Positions 50,284 through 58,650 of a stretch of 64,000 nucleotides of DNA are shown in pieces (positions within the stretch are counted from its first letter, which is position 1; the number at the start of each line of letters is the position of its first letter). The notes under the pieces were generated by a model, which saw only the letters and a program-made list of their open reading frames with translations, made no database searches and was not told where the DNA came from. The stretch lies in contig CBDCJV010000002.1 of NCBI GenBank assembly GCA_965217895.1, positions 4,000,001 through 4,064,000 of the forward strand, read 5' to 3'. The DNA comes from Waterburya sp. (GTDB lineage: Bacteria; Cyanobacteriota; Cyanobacteriia; Cyanobacteriales; Xenococcaceae). The translations under genes were made by a program, and so were the position numbers.

Positions 50284-51834
50284 TTATTGATTATCAGTTT
50301 TCATTTGTCGATCGATAAACTCTTGAGCATTAGGGGGAATTACTTTCAAATCACCACAGTCTCTAGGATTTATCGCAGCTTTGATGGCATAGTCATATTT
50401 GATTTCAGGATGAAAATAAGAACTATAATAAAAAGCATTTTGAATTTGAGCAAAAGGCACGCTTTTTGGATTGGGGATGGCATGACGAGCAATCATACAG
50501 GTGCGCTGATTGGGTGTCATCTGCTCTAAAAGCTCTGGCTTGACGCTTCTGGCTATAAACTTGTCTAACGATGAGAAGCTTGGTTTAAGGTAATAAGGTG
50601 TAATTTTGCTAAAGGCGATCGCCATAAACAATAAACAAACTAACCCTAAGTACTTTGGCTGCAACCATTTTGAGCTTTGATTCTGTAACGAGGTAACAAC
50701 GCACAAGTTTAAAGATACTAGAGTAATCATCCAAAACATTAAGTAGCGCAACTCATGGGATTGAGGAAAATTTGCAGGTACAAGAGACACCAGCAGCATG
50801 ATTACAAGTGCAGCAGTAGCATTGGCAGATTTATCTTTAAGAGGCAGTTGTCTATTTTTTAATTGTTCTCGAATAGTCAAACCCAACATTAACAATAGGT
50901 TGAACACTACATAAGCACCAAAAAATCCCCCTGCTCGATCTAGATACTTCTCATTCCCACCATTCCATTGATCCGCCGACCAATTAGGAGTATTAATTTC
51001 CAAAATCGATCGCAGCCACTTTTGGGGTCTATTGCCTTCACTATAGGTATCAGGAGTCAGTTTATGGTTTAATACGATTCCCGCAACCTCAATTTTGATC
51101 GGGTAAAAAGGATTGCCATAAAGAGCAACATTTTTGATTGGGGTGGCAAAGATTAAGCCTGAAGCGACTATTGCTAGAGGTATAGTTAGCCATAGCTGGC
51201 GTTGCTTAGATTGAGTATGTTTAAAGTACAGCCAAACCAACCTAATTCCGACTATCCAGTAAAGTAAAAATACTAATGGCTGTAGTTGAGGTTTGATATT
51301 TGCTGCTGCTGCTGCGCCCAAAAAGGTAACTAGCAGTTCGTTTTTGTTGGGTAATTGAGACTGCTTAAAAAATCGATAGGTCATCAGCATTACGACTGAA
51401 ACCCCAATGTTTCCTGGCAAATCTACAAAGCTAGTGGCAGCATGAATCAGCACCACAGGAATGGTAAATAGCGCGATCGCTGATAGATATAGAGGGACTT
51501 GAAAGAAGTTTCTGAGGAAGAGAAAATAAATAATTAGACTTAGATAGCTAACTAGATTCGTGGACTGAATTCGCCCTGTAATTTTCCAGAATAAGCCTTG
51601 TAAAAAATTTGCCAACAAAGGAAAACCATCGTAACGATATTCAAAAAGAGATTCTGAGATAAAAGACTTTTCGGGGACTATACCCCAAATTCTGGCAGCA
51701 AAAGGCAGTTGATACCAACCGACATCATAGTTACTATCAATATCCATGATTGCTTTGAGAAATATCGATGTCGCCACGACTATGGCGATCACACTGAGAA
51801 TTATTTCTAATACTTGCCTCTTATTTTTCTGCAC
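50284..51834 (-). CDS. Polytopic membrane protein, paralog 2 of 3, putative GT-C fold glycosyltransferase
   Basis: DIDSNYDVGWYQLPFAARIWG, GFPLL, SFVDL, GNPFYP, NFPQSHELRYLM. Confidence 0.65.
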   Translation of the reverse strand: MQKNKRQVLEIILSVIAIVVATSIFLKAIMDIDSNYDVGWYQLPFAARIWGIVPEKSFISESLFEYRYDGFPLLANFLQGLFWKITGRIQSTNLVSYLSLIIYFLFLRNFFQVPLYLSAIALFTIPVVLIHAATSFVDLPGNIGVSVVMLMTYRFFKQSQLPNKNELLVTFLGAAAAANIKPQLQPLVFLLYWIVGIRLVWLYFKHTQSKQRQLWLTIPLAIVASGLIFATPIKNVALYGNPFYPIKIEVAGIVLNHKLTPDTYSEGNRPQKWLRSILEINTPNWSADQWNGGNEKYLDRAGGFFGAYVVFNLLLMLGLTIREQLKNRQLPLKDKSANATAALVIMLLVSLVPANFPQSHELRYLMFWMITLVSLNLCVVTSLQNQSSKWLQPKYLGLVCLLFMAIAFSKITPYYLKPSFSSLDKFIARSVKPELLEQMTPNQRTCMIARHAIPNPKSVPFAQIQNAFYYSSYFHPEIKYDYAIKAAINPRDCGDLKVIPPNAQEFIDRQMKTDNQ

Positions 51835-51856
51835 TGCTCACCTCTTACCATAATGG

Positions 51857-53476
51857 CTACTTTAAATTACTGGGTATCATAGTGCGATCGCCGCAGGCTT
51901 TGGGATCGAATGCCGTTTGAATCGAATAATCATAATCTAATTCAGGATGAAAGTAAGAGCTATAAATAAAGGCATACTTTAAAGATGCTGTTGGTGCAGT
52001 TTGGGTATCTTCTCCCATATGTTTACTTAGCAAACAAACCTGTTCGTTAGGCTTTATTTGTTCCATAAATTCTGCTTTAGCCCCATGGTAAACATATTTG
52101 TCTAAAGACAAAAATAATGGTCTGGCGTAGAAGCTACCAATTTTGACTAAGACTATGATTAGGAAAACAACATAGACTAATCCCATATATCTTGGCTGTA
52201 GCCATCGTCCTAAAAGCTGTCTATTTTTGGGTAAAGAAATTAAATAAAGGTTAAAAGATACTAAACAGATCATCCAGTACATAAAGTATCTCAGTTCATG
52301 AGATTGAGGAAAATTCAAAGGAACTAGAGAAATAACAAGTAGCGTCAAAAAAGCAACGCTAGCCTCTCTAGATTTGGCAAAATTATTGTTTTGTTCAGTT
52401 TTTAATTGTGTAAAGTCAGTTCTGTTTCTATTGATTAACAGATACTTATTGAGAGTTATTTCTCTAAGCAGAAATCCTGTCAGCAGTAGCAAATTAAATA
52501 CTACATAAGCCCCGAAGAAGCCTCCCCGCCGATTTCTTTGAGGGAAATCGCTCCATTGATCTGGTTTCCAAAAGTGAGGCGCATTTATTTCTAGTACTGA
52601 AGTAATCCAGTTTATTTGACGATTGCCTCCTTCAAAGGCATCTGGAGCTAGCTTATGGTTTAGTACAATTCCCGCTACCTGAATTTTGATAGGATAAAAA
52701 GGATTAGCGTAGACAACTGTATTTTTGACTGGACTTGCATAAATAATGACGATCGCCAATAAAGTAATTAGCAGAGTTTTGACTATTTGTTTTGCTGCTG
52801 GTTTTTGTTGCCAATAGAGCCAAGCAAGTCGAGAAATGGTAAAAATCAAAATAAATAAAACTAAAGGCTGTAGCTGAGTTTTAGTATTAACAGCGATCGC
52901 AGCACCGATAAAGGCAATCAGTAACTCTGAGAAATTTGGTAATTGCTTATTTTTATAAAAGCTATAGGTCATCATTACCAAAATAGATGTACCAACATTC
53001 CCAAATAAATCCACGTAGCTAGTAGTAGCGTTAGTCAAAACTAAAGGAATCGACAATAAAGCGATCGCCGATAAATAAAAAGGAACTTTAAAATAAGCTC
53101 TAAGAAAGAAGAAATAGCCAATAATACTCAAAAAGCCAACTAAGTTAGTTGATTGAATTCTTCCCGTGGTTTTCCAGAAGAATCCTTGCAAAAAATGCGC
53201 CAACAAAGGAAAACCATCAAATCGAGGTTCAAACCATTTTTCGTCTCCTAAAAACATTTCTTTGGGCAAAATGCCCCAGATTCTGCCAGCAAAAGGTAAA
53301 TGATACCAGCCAGGATCGTAGTTATTGTCAATATCAATGACTGCCTTGAGGAAAAGAGAAATAACTAGGGGGATGACAACTAAATATAAGATTGTCTCTA
53401 TTCCTATACTTGTTACTTTTTCTAGCCTGTATGGTTTTGATTGTTCTTTTTTACTAACTAAATTCAACATCGGCAA
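51857..53476 (-). CDS. Polytopic membrane protein, paralog 1 of 3, putative GT-C fold glycosyltransferase
   Basis: DIDNNYDPGWYHLPFAGRIWG, GFPLL, SYVDL, ANPFYP, NFPQSHELRYFM. Confidence 0.65.
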   Translation of the reverse strand: MPMLNLVSKKEQSKPYRLEKVTSIGIETILYLVVIPLVISLFLKAVIDIDNNYDPGWYHLPFAGRIWGILPKEMFLGDEKWFEPRFDGFPLLAHFLQGFFWKTTGRIQSTNLVGFLSIIGYFFFLRAYFKVPFYLSAIALLSIPLVLTNATTSYVDLFGNVGTSILVMMTYSFYKNKQLPNFSELLIAFIGAAIAVNTKTQLQPLVLFILIFTISRLAWLYWQQKPAAKQIVKTLLITLLAIVIIYASPVKNTVVYANPFYPIKIQVAGIVLNHKLAPDAFEGGNRQINWITSVLEINAPHFWKPDQWSDFPQRNRRGGFFGAYVVFNLLLLTGFLLREITLNKYLLINRNRTDFTQLKTEQNNNFAKSREASVAFLTLLVISLVPLNFPQSHELRYFMYWMICLVSFNLYLISLPKNRQLLGRWLQPRYMGLVYVVFLIIVLVKIGSFYARPLFLSLDKYVYHGAKAEFMEQIKPNEQVCLLSKHMGEDTQTAPTASLKYAFIYSSYFHPELDYDYSIQTAFDPKACGDRTMIPSNLK

Positions 53477-53627
53477 TAATTTTTAAGAGATAAAGAGATG
53501 AAGTATTAGGTTAGGACAATGAGGCTGATTTGCTCGTAGGCAATAGTTAGTAGTTAAAAAAATGTCCTAATATTTTTACGTATTAATATAAATGCTATCT
53601 TGCTGATAAATGTTCAATGTTCAATGA

Positions 53628-54650
53628 TTACTGGTTTTCCTTTGGTGTAAATAAAGCAAATCGCTCAACCAAAGCAACTACAGCAAACACGGCTAAAACA
53701 ATCACCACCGCAACGATGTAGAGAAATCTTTGCATTAGCGAAAACTGAACTGCCATGGCATCTGGTACATCAAATAACCTTAATAAACCAATCCAGCTAA
53801 ATTCCATTAGTCCCAAATTAGCTGGAGTAAAGCTGAGTAACATTGCCAACTGGACAATGGGCGTAACAAAAACTACTGCCGATAGCTTAATTTTAAAGCC
53901 TCCGGCGATCGCAATTAAGATCCCGCGAATAATCCAAACGATATAGCGAACTACGGAAATCCAATAAAGGTAAAGAGTAAAATTTTTACCTAATACAGAA
54001 TCTTTGCCCACTTTTGCTGCTGGTTGAACATCAGCCTTGTTTTTGCCTGGTTTTAGCCCTTTAACCCAGGAGAGAAATTTAATCAGTGAAGTAATCAGGC
54101 TGCGATGCCATTTATTGATCATAAAATGAACTGCAATAATTGTGGCAATCCAGATCCAAACCGCTACAGATAAAGAAATATAGTTAAAGACAAACAGAAT
54201 TGCAGCAGGAAAAAGCAAGAAAGGAATTAAAAAATTAAAAAATTGATCGTAAACAACTAATAAAAAACCCTTAGAAATTGAACTAATTTTATGAACTCTT
54301 AAAGCTAGGTTTTGTACCATCACCATGCCCACATACTGAGGCATAAACTGCATGGTTAATGAGCCTAAAGTTGTATAAAAAAAATAAAACTTTAAGGGCT
54401 GTTGGCTATCGGGAGTAAGCTTTTGGGTGACCAAGCCCCACTTATATGCCGATAAAAAAGTATGTACAATTAATGCCGTAATTGCCAGTCCAGCATAGAC
54501 TGGATTTAGACTATAAAAGGTAGTAACAACTTCCTCTACGTCTACATTTGTAAAGCGCAGAATCAACCAGACTAAGAAAAATCCTAGACCCAGAGATAAG
54601 ATACTAGATATAACGTTTTTCTTAGTTAACATTTGTTGTTTATTATTCAA
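53628..54650 (-). CDS. Lysylphosphatidylglycerol-synthase TM domain (UPF0104) flippase-like protein
   Basis: Multi-TM protein; AYKW, YDQFF, SFTPANLGLME (TPxxLGxxE), QRF. Confidence 0.75.
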   Translation of the reverse strand: MNNKQQMLTKKNVISSILSLGLGFFLVWLILRFTNVDVEEVVTTFYSLNPVYAGLAITALIVHTFLSAYKWGLVTQKLTPDSQQPLKFYFFYTTLGSLTMQFMPQYVGMVMVQNLALRVHKISSISKGFLLVVYDQFFNFLIPFLLFPAAILFVFNYISLSVAVWIWIATIIAVHFMINKWHRSLITSLIKFLSWVKGLKPGKNKADVQPAAKVGKDSVLGKNFTLYLYWISVVRYIVWIIRGILIAIAGGFKIKLSAVVFVTPIVQLAMLLSFTPANLGLMEFSWIGLLRLFDVPDAMAVQFSLMQRFLYIVAVVIVLAVFAVVALVERFALFTPKENQ

Positions 54651-54701
54651 TATTTGGCTACTAACAGAAACTGCACTGCAATTAAATTAAACATTCAAAG
54701 A

Positions 54702-55664
54702 TTACTCTACCTTAGAATCAAGACCGCTTTGAGCAACGGCTATATCGTATCCCCATTTAGTTTCCAAGTCCAAGCCAGTTAGTGCCGATATCTTGGCAAC
54801 CTCTGGCTGATATTGCTGCATTAATTTGAGTCTGATTGATTCAGGCATACTAGCTTTGGGGGCTTGATGCCAAAAGAATCTTTCAACGATATTATCCCGT
54901 ACAAAATCATTAAATTCTTGAGAAAGCAGGTTTTTAGAAATGTTTTTAACCAGAGGATTATTAACTAAATTGTTAATTGCTGAAAACTTAACTTCTTTAT
55001 TAACGTTAATTGCACCATATTCAGGAGTAAAGCGAGGATTTACGCCGAGGAATTCTAAAATCTCTCGATAAATACGCTCATTTTCTGACTTAAACTCCTC
55101 AAAAATTACTATTTTGATTTGCTCTGCTTTAAAGCGATCGCAATATCTTTTTACCTGCTGATAATATTTAACTCTTTGGTCGTAGTAAAGATAGCTAGGG
55201 CTGGTAACCCTAGGACTAGGATACTTTTCCTGTTTACGCTCCTCTTCCTTTGCCAAAGCGGTCAAAAAGTCTGGCTCGTTTTCTTCAGTAAACTTGACGT
55301 AGTGGCTGTGAAGAGAATAGAGATATTTAGCTGGTTCACGCAGAATAATAATTATTTTAGCATCGGGATTAAAGTTATAAATCTTTTCTGCTGCTACCTG
55401 AGAATAAAGATAGTTGGTCGAAGATTCCCCAACAATTTTCGCCCCATCTGTTCGTGCAAAAAGCTGTAGATAAGCAGACTCACTTCTAAAGTCAAAAAAA
55501 CGCTGTTTACCATAAAAGCGATCGCTTTCTAAATGAAAGTCAGAGCAAAAAAAATGTGGCTCTTTGATGCTGGACATAAAGATCTCAGGATGCTGTCCCA
55601 AAAACTGATGTAAAGCCGTTGTTCCAGATTTTGGTTGACCGACAATAAATAAGTTAGGCTTCAT
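54702..55664 (-). CDS. Sulfotransferase family protein
   Basis: Likely start is ATG 55664 (MKPNLFIVGQPKSGTTAL, 5'-PSB loop). Also KEPHFF, GESSTNY, ILREPAKYLYS (3'-PB). Confidence 0.93.
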   Translation of the reverse strand: MKPNLFIVGQPKSGTTALHQFLGQHPEIFMSSIKEPHFFCSDFHLESDRFYGKQRFFDFRSESAYLQLFARTDGAKIVGESSTNYLYSQVAAEKIYNFNPDAKIIIILREPAKYLYSLHSHYVKFTEENEPDFLTALAKEEERKQEKYPSPRVTSPSYLYYDQRVKYYQQVKRYCDRFKAEQIKIVIFEEFKSENERIYREILEFLGVNPRFTPEYGAINVNKEVKFSAINNLVNNPLVKNISKNLLSQEFNDFVRDNIVERFFWHQAPKASMPESIRLKLMQQYQPEVAKISALTGLDLETKWGYDIAVAQSGLDSKVE

Positions 55665-55693
55665 GGATTTTGACAAGTTATGAGTAGAAAAGC

Positions 55694-56629
55694 TTAGGTT
55701 TGAGTCTGTAGTTTTGCCTTCAGTCTGGCAGATACCCGCTCTTGAATTCGAGAATCTTGCCAATATCTGTGCCATCCTCCAGGACCTAATAAAACAAAAT
55801 CAGTAGCAAGCTTAAATAGCTGAGTCGATTCACCATGAACCATTGCTGCTAAAGTAGTGTTGACCTCTGTGGAGAAAAAGGCAACTTTGGCAACTTGAGT
55901 TGATTTTGACTGAAGATATTTGTCTACCACCGAGCGCATCTGTTGACGAAACTCGGCTACGCTAGAGCTTCGACGGATGGTTTGAGAATCACCATGTACC
56001 CTAAAAGCTGCTAAAGGCTGCGAAATATAGTAAGTTTTTCCCGCTGAAGCAAGCTTGAGCCAAAAGTCCCAGTCAGCGGTATACCAGAGATCGTTATTTA
56101 GTCCACCTAAATCAAGAGCAGCTTGGCGATTGAATACAGGAGAAGGGATGGCAATAAAGTTCTGGATTACCAGCTTCTGGATCATTTCTTGAGCAGATAC
56201 TACCTGACGATCCTTGAGAGGACATTGCCAGAGACCCAGGGGTTTACCTTCTCGATCGATAAATACTGAGTCATGGAGATAAAGACTAGCTTGGGGATGA
56301 GTTGCGATCGCTTTTTTAATGGCATTTAAACGCCCTTGCAGCCAAAGATCATCCTGATGCAGAAAACAGGCATATTTTCCCCTCGCCACGGAAAGAGCAT
56401 GGTTAGTATTGGCTACCCAGTTACCCTGTCTGGCTTTAGTAATCAGCTTGACATTAAGCTTATCCTTAAAGCTCTCAACAATGTCTAAAGTATTGTCTGT
56501 CGAGCCATCATCAATGACAACACATTCAAGTTCGGGATCTTGCTGCATCAATATAGAATCAAGTGCTGCTGCTAGATACTTACTGCCATTGTAGGTAGGA
56601 ACAATTACTGATAACCAAGGTTGAATCAT
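55694..56629 (-). CDS. Glycosyltransferase family 2
   Basis: SVIVPTYNG, IDDGSTD, FLHQDD, DWDFWLK, FRVH. Confidence 0.93.
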   Translation of the reverse strand: MIQPWLSVIVPTYNGSKYLAAALDSILMQQDPELECVVIDDGSTDNTLDIVESFKDKLNVKLITKARQGNWVANTNHALSVARGKYACFLHQDDLWLQGRLNAIKKAIATHPQASLYLHDSVFIDREGKPLGLWQCPLKDRQVVSAQEMIQKLVIQNFIAIPSPVFNRQAALDLGGLNNDLWYTADWDFWLKLASAGKTYYISQPLAAFRVHGDSQTIRRSSSVAEFRQQMRSVVDKYLQSKSTQVAKVAFFSTEVNTTLAAMVHGESTQLFKLATDFVLLGPGGWHRYWQDSRIQERVSARLKAKLQTQT

Positions 56630-57822
56630 CGTTTTAATCCTAAAATACTTAAGAAGAAACTAGAGAAGATTGTTTGAATACCCAAGGCTAAACAAGTTAC
56701 CCCAGGAATAATGATCGGCATGGTTTCAGTCGGATTTAGTGAACCAAAATCATGTTCTCCCCAAATACCAAAGGCATATACTGATGCTGCTGTACCCATT
56801 ATAAATAGAGCGCAACCAGCGATCAAACCTGTTTCAAGGTTAAGATATTTTAATAGTCTGTTTAAGCGTCTATCCTCAGGTAATAGTCCTTCACTAATGC
56901 CAAACACTTTAGTAAACAAAGCAAACATAACGATTTGAAAACCAATAGTCATTGCCGTGGATGAATATAGCAGGCTATGTACTTTGGGACTTGGCAAAAG
57001 GGATAGAGTTGCTAGCAAACCACCCAAAATCAAAAAGATGCCAGGATAGAAGAACAACCAACGAGGGCTATACATTAATAGGAAGCGTAGGTGTCTCCAA
57101 CCATCTCGCCAGGTATTGAGGTGAGGAGGACGACTACGACCGTCAGGAGATAGAGTAGTAGGCACTTCGGTAATCTGCATTTTATGAAGGGTAGCTTTAA
57201 CTACCATCTCGCTAGCGAATTCCATGCCTGTAGTTTGCAAATCTAAATTAGTAATCGCATCTTTGCGAAAACCTCTTAAACCACAGTGAAAGTCGTCACA
57301 GGGACTACCAAATAGAAGCTTACCAATACCAGTTAAAACTGGATTTCCTAAATAACGGTGTAGAAAAGGCATTGCTCCTGATTCGATGCCACCTTTGAAA
57401 CGATTTCCCATTACTAGGTCATAACCATTGCGTAACTTTTTAATAAAAGGATTGAGATTACTAAAGTCATAGCTATCATCAGCATCACCCATAATGATGT
57501 ACTGACCTTTAGCCGCTTCAATACCACCTTTTAGCGCGCTACCGTAACCTTTTGTAGGGATATTAACTACTCTGGCATTAAGTCTTCTGGCAATTTCTTG
57601 AGAGCCATCGTCACTGCCGTTGTCGGCAATAATTACTTCTCCTGCAAGGTCGTTTTCGGCAATAAACCATTGAGCTTTCTTAATACAGGTTTCTAAGGTT
57701 TCTGCCTCGTTTAAACAGGGCATGATAATGGAAACTTCGATCGCATTAGCTGTATTAGTTTGCTCGATACGATTGAATCGTCCACTAACCAGTGTTTCTC
57801 TTGTGCTTACGTTACCCAACAT
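56626..57822 (-). CDS. GT2 polyprenol-phosphate glycosyltransferase (DPM1/GtrB-like) with C-terminal TM helices
   Basis: IMPCLNEA, ADNGSDDGS, GYGSAL, MGDADDSYD, VMGNRF, DFHCGLRGF, MEFASEM, WRDGWRHL. Confidence 0.92.
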   Translation of the reverse strand: MLGNVSTRETLVSGRFNRIEQTNTANAIEVSIIMPCLNEAETLETCIKKAQWFIAENDLAGEVIIADNGSDDGSQEIARRLNARVVNIPTKGYGSALKGGIEAAKGQYIIMGDADDSYDFSNLNPFIKKLRNGYDLVMGNRFKGGIESGAMPFLHRYLGNPVLTGIGKLLFGSPCDDFHCGLRGFRKDAITNLDLQTTGMEFASEMVVKATLHKMQITEVPTTLSPDGRSRPPHLNTWRDGWRHLRFLLMYSPRWLFFYPGIFLILGGLLATLSLLPSPKVHSLLYSSTAMTIGFQIVMFALFTKVFGISEGLLPEDRRLNRLLKYLNLETGLIAGCALFIMGTAASVYAFGIWGEHDFGSLNPTETMPIIIPGVTCLALGIQTIFSSFFLSILGLKR

Positions 57823-58650
57823 TAATTAATCCTCTTTGCGATAATTATGAAAAAAATTCTAGACTGAACCTGATTGCTTCTTTTGATAGATACTTAAATT
57901 ATTTTCTTCAATACTCTTGACTTAATAGCTAAACTTAAAAAAATAAAATATAAGATAACTAGTAACCCTAAAAAAGAAATCAATTAAAGTATTTGTTTTC
58001 AAATGCTTATTAGACAAGGTTTCGATCAAACAATGGTGTTTATTCTAAAATCAGTACGGTTTATATCTAAATAAAGTAAAAGCTAATATAATCAAGACTT
58101 TTACATTTGCCTAGATCGAAATCGCGTTTACGAATGAGATTCGTTATCATTTTGGCAAAAAGTTTTTTCAACACAAAAAGTAAAAAAAACGGGTAATGAA
58201 TAAGTTTGAGATAGTAATTAAGCTTCTCTTAATAAAGTACCTAATCAGTGTAAAAGTCTGGTGAATGAAATTTAAGTTGATTTGCGGTAATGATCGGCAG
58301 CAAGTAGCTTGATAAGCTGCACTAAATTTTTCCTTCTGCTTTTTTCAGTAGCCCAAGTTCTAGCAAAAAGCAACAAAAGAGAATCGATAGGTCGAGTAAA
58401 AAAATATAATTATATGTACGGACAGACAAGATGTTAGAAATCGAGCAATAAAATATAAAATATGATGATTGTTAACTAGAGAACATATGCTGAATATCTG
58501 CCTATTAATAAGCAAAACACTAAATTTTTGCCTATTAATATAATAGTTGATCTTTGACTTACATTTGAATTATACCTGAATAAATCTACTTTATTTACCA
58601 AACATAGGTTCTAATTAATAACCAACTATATTGAGCAACAATATTCCTCA

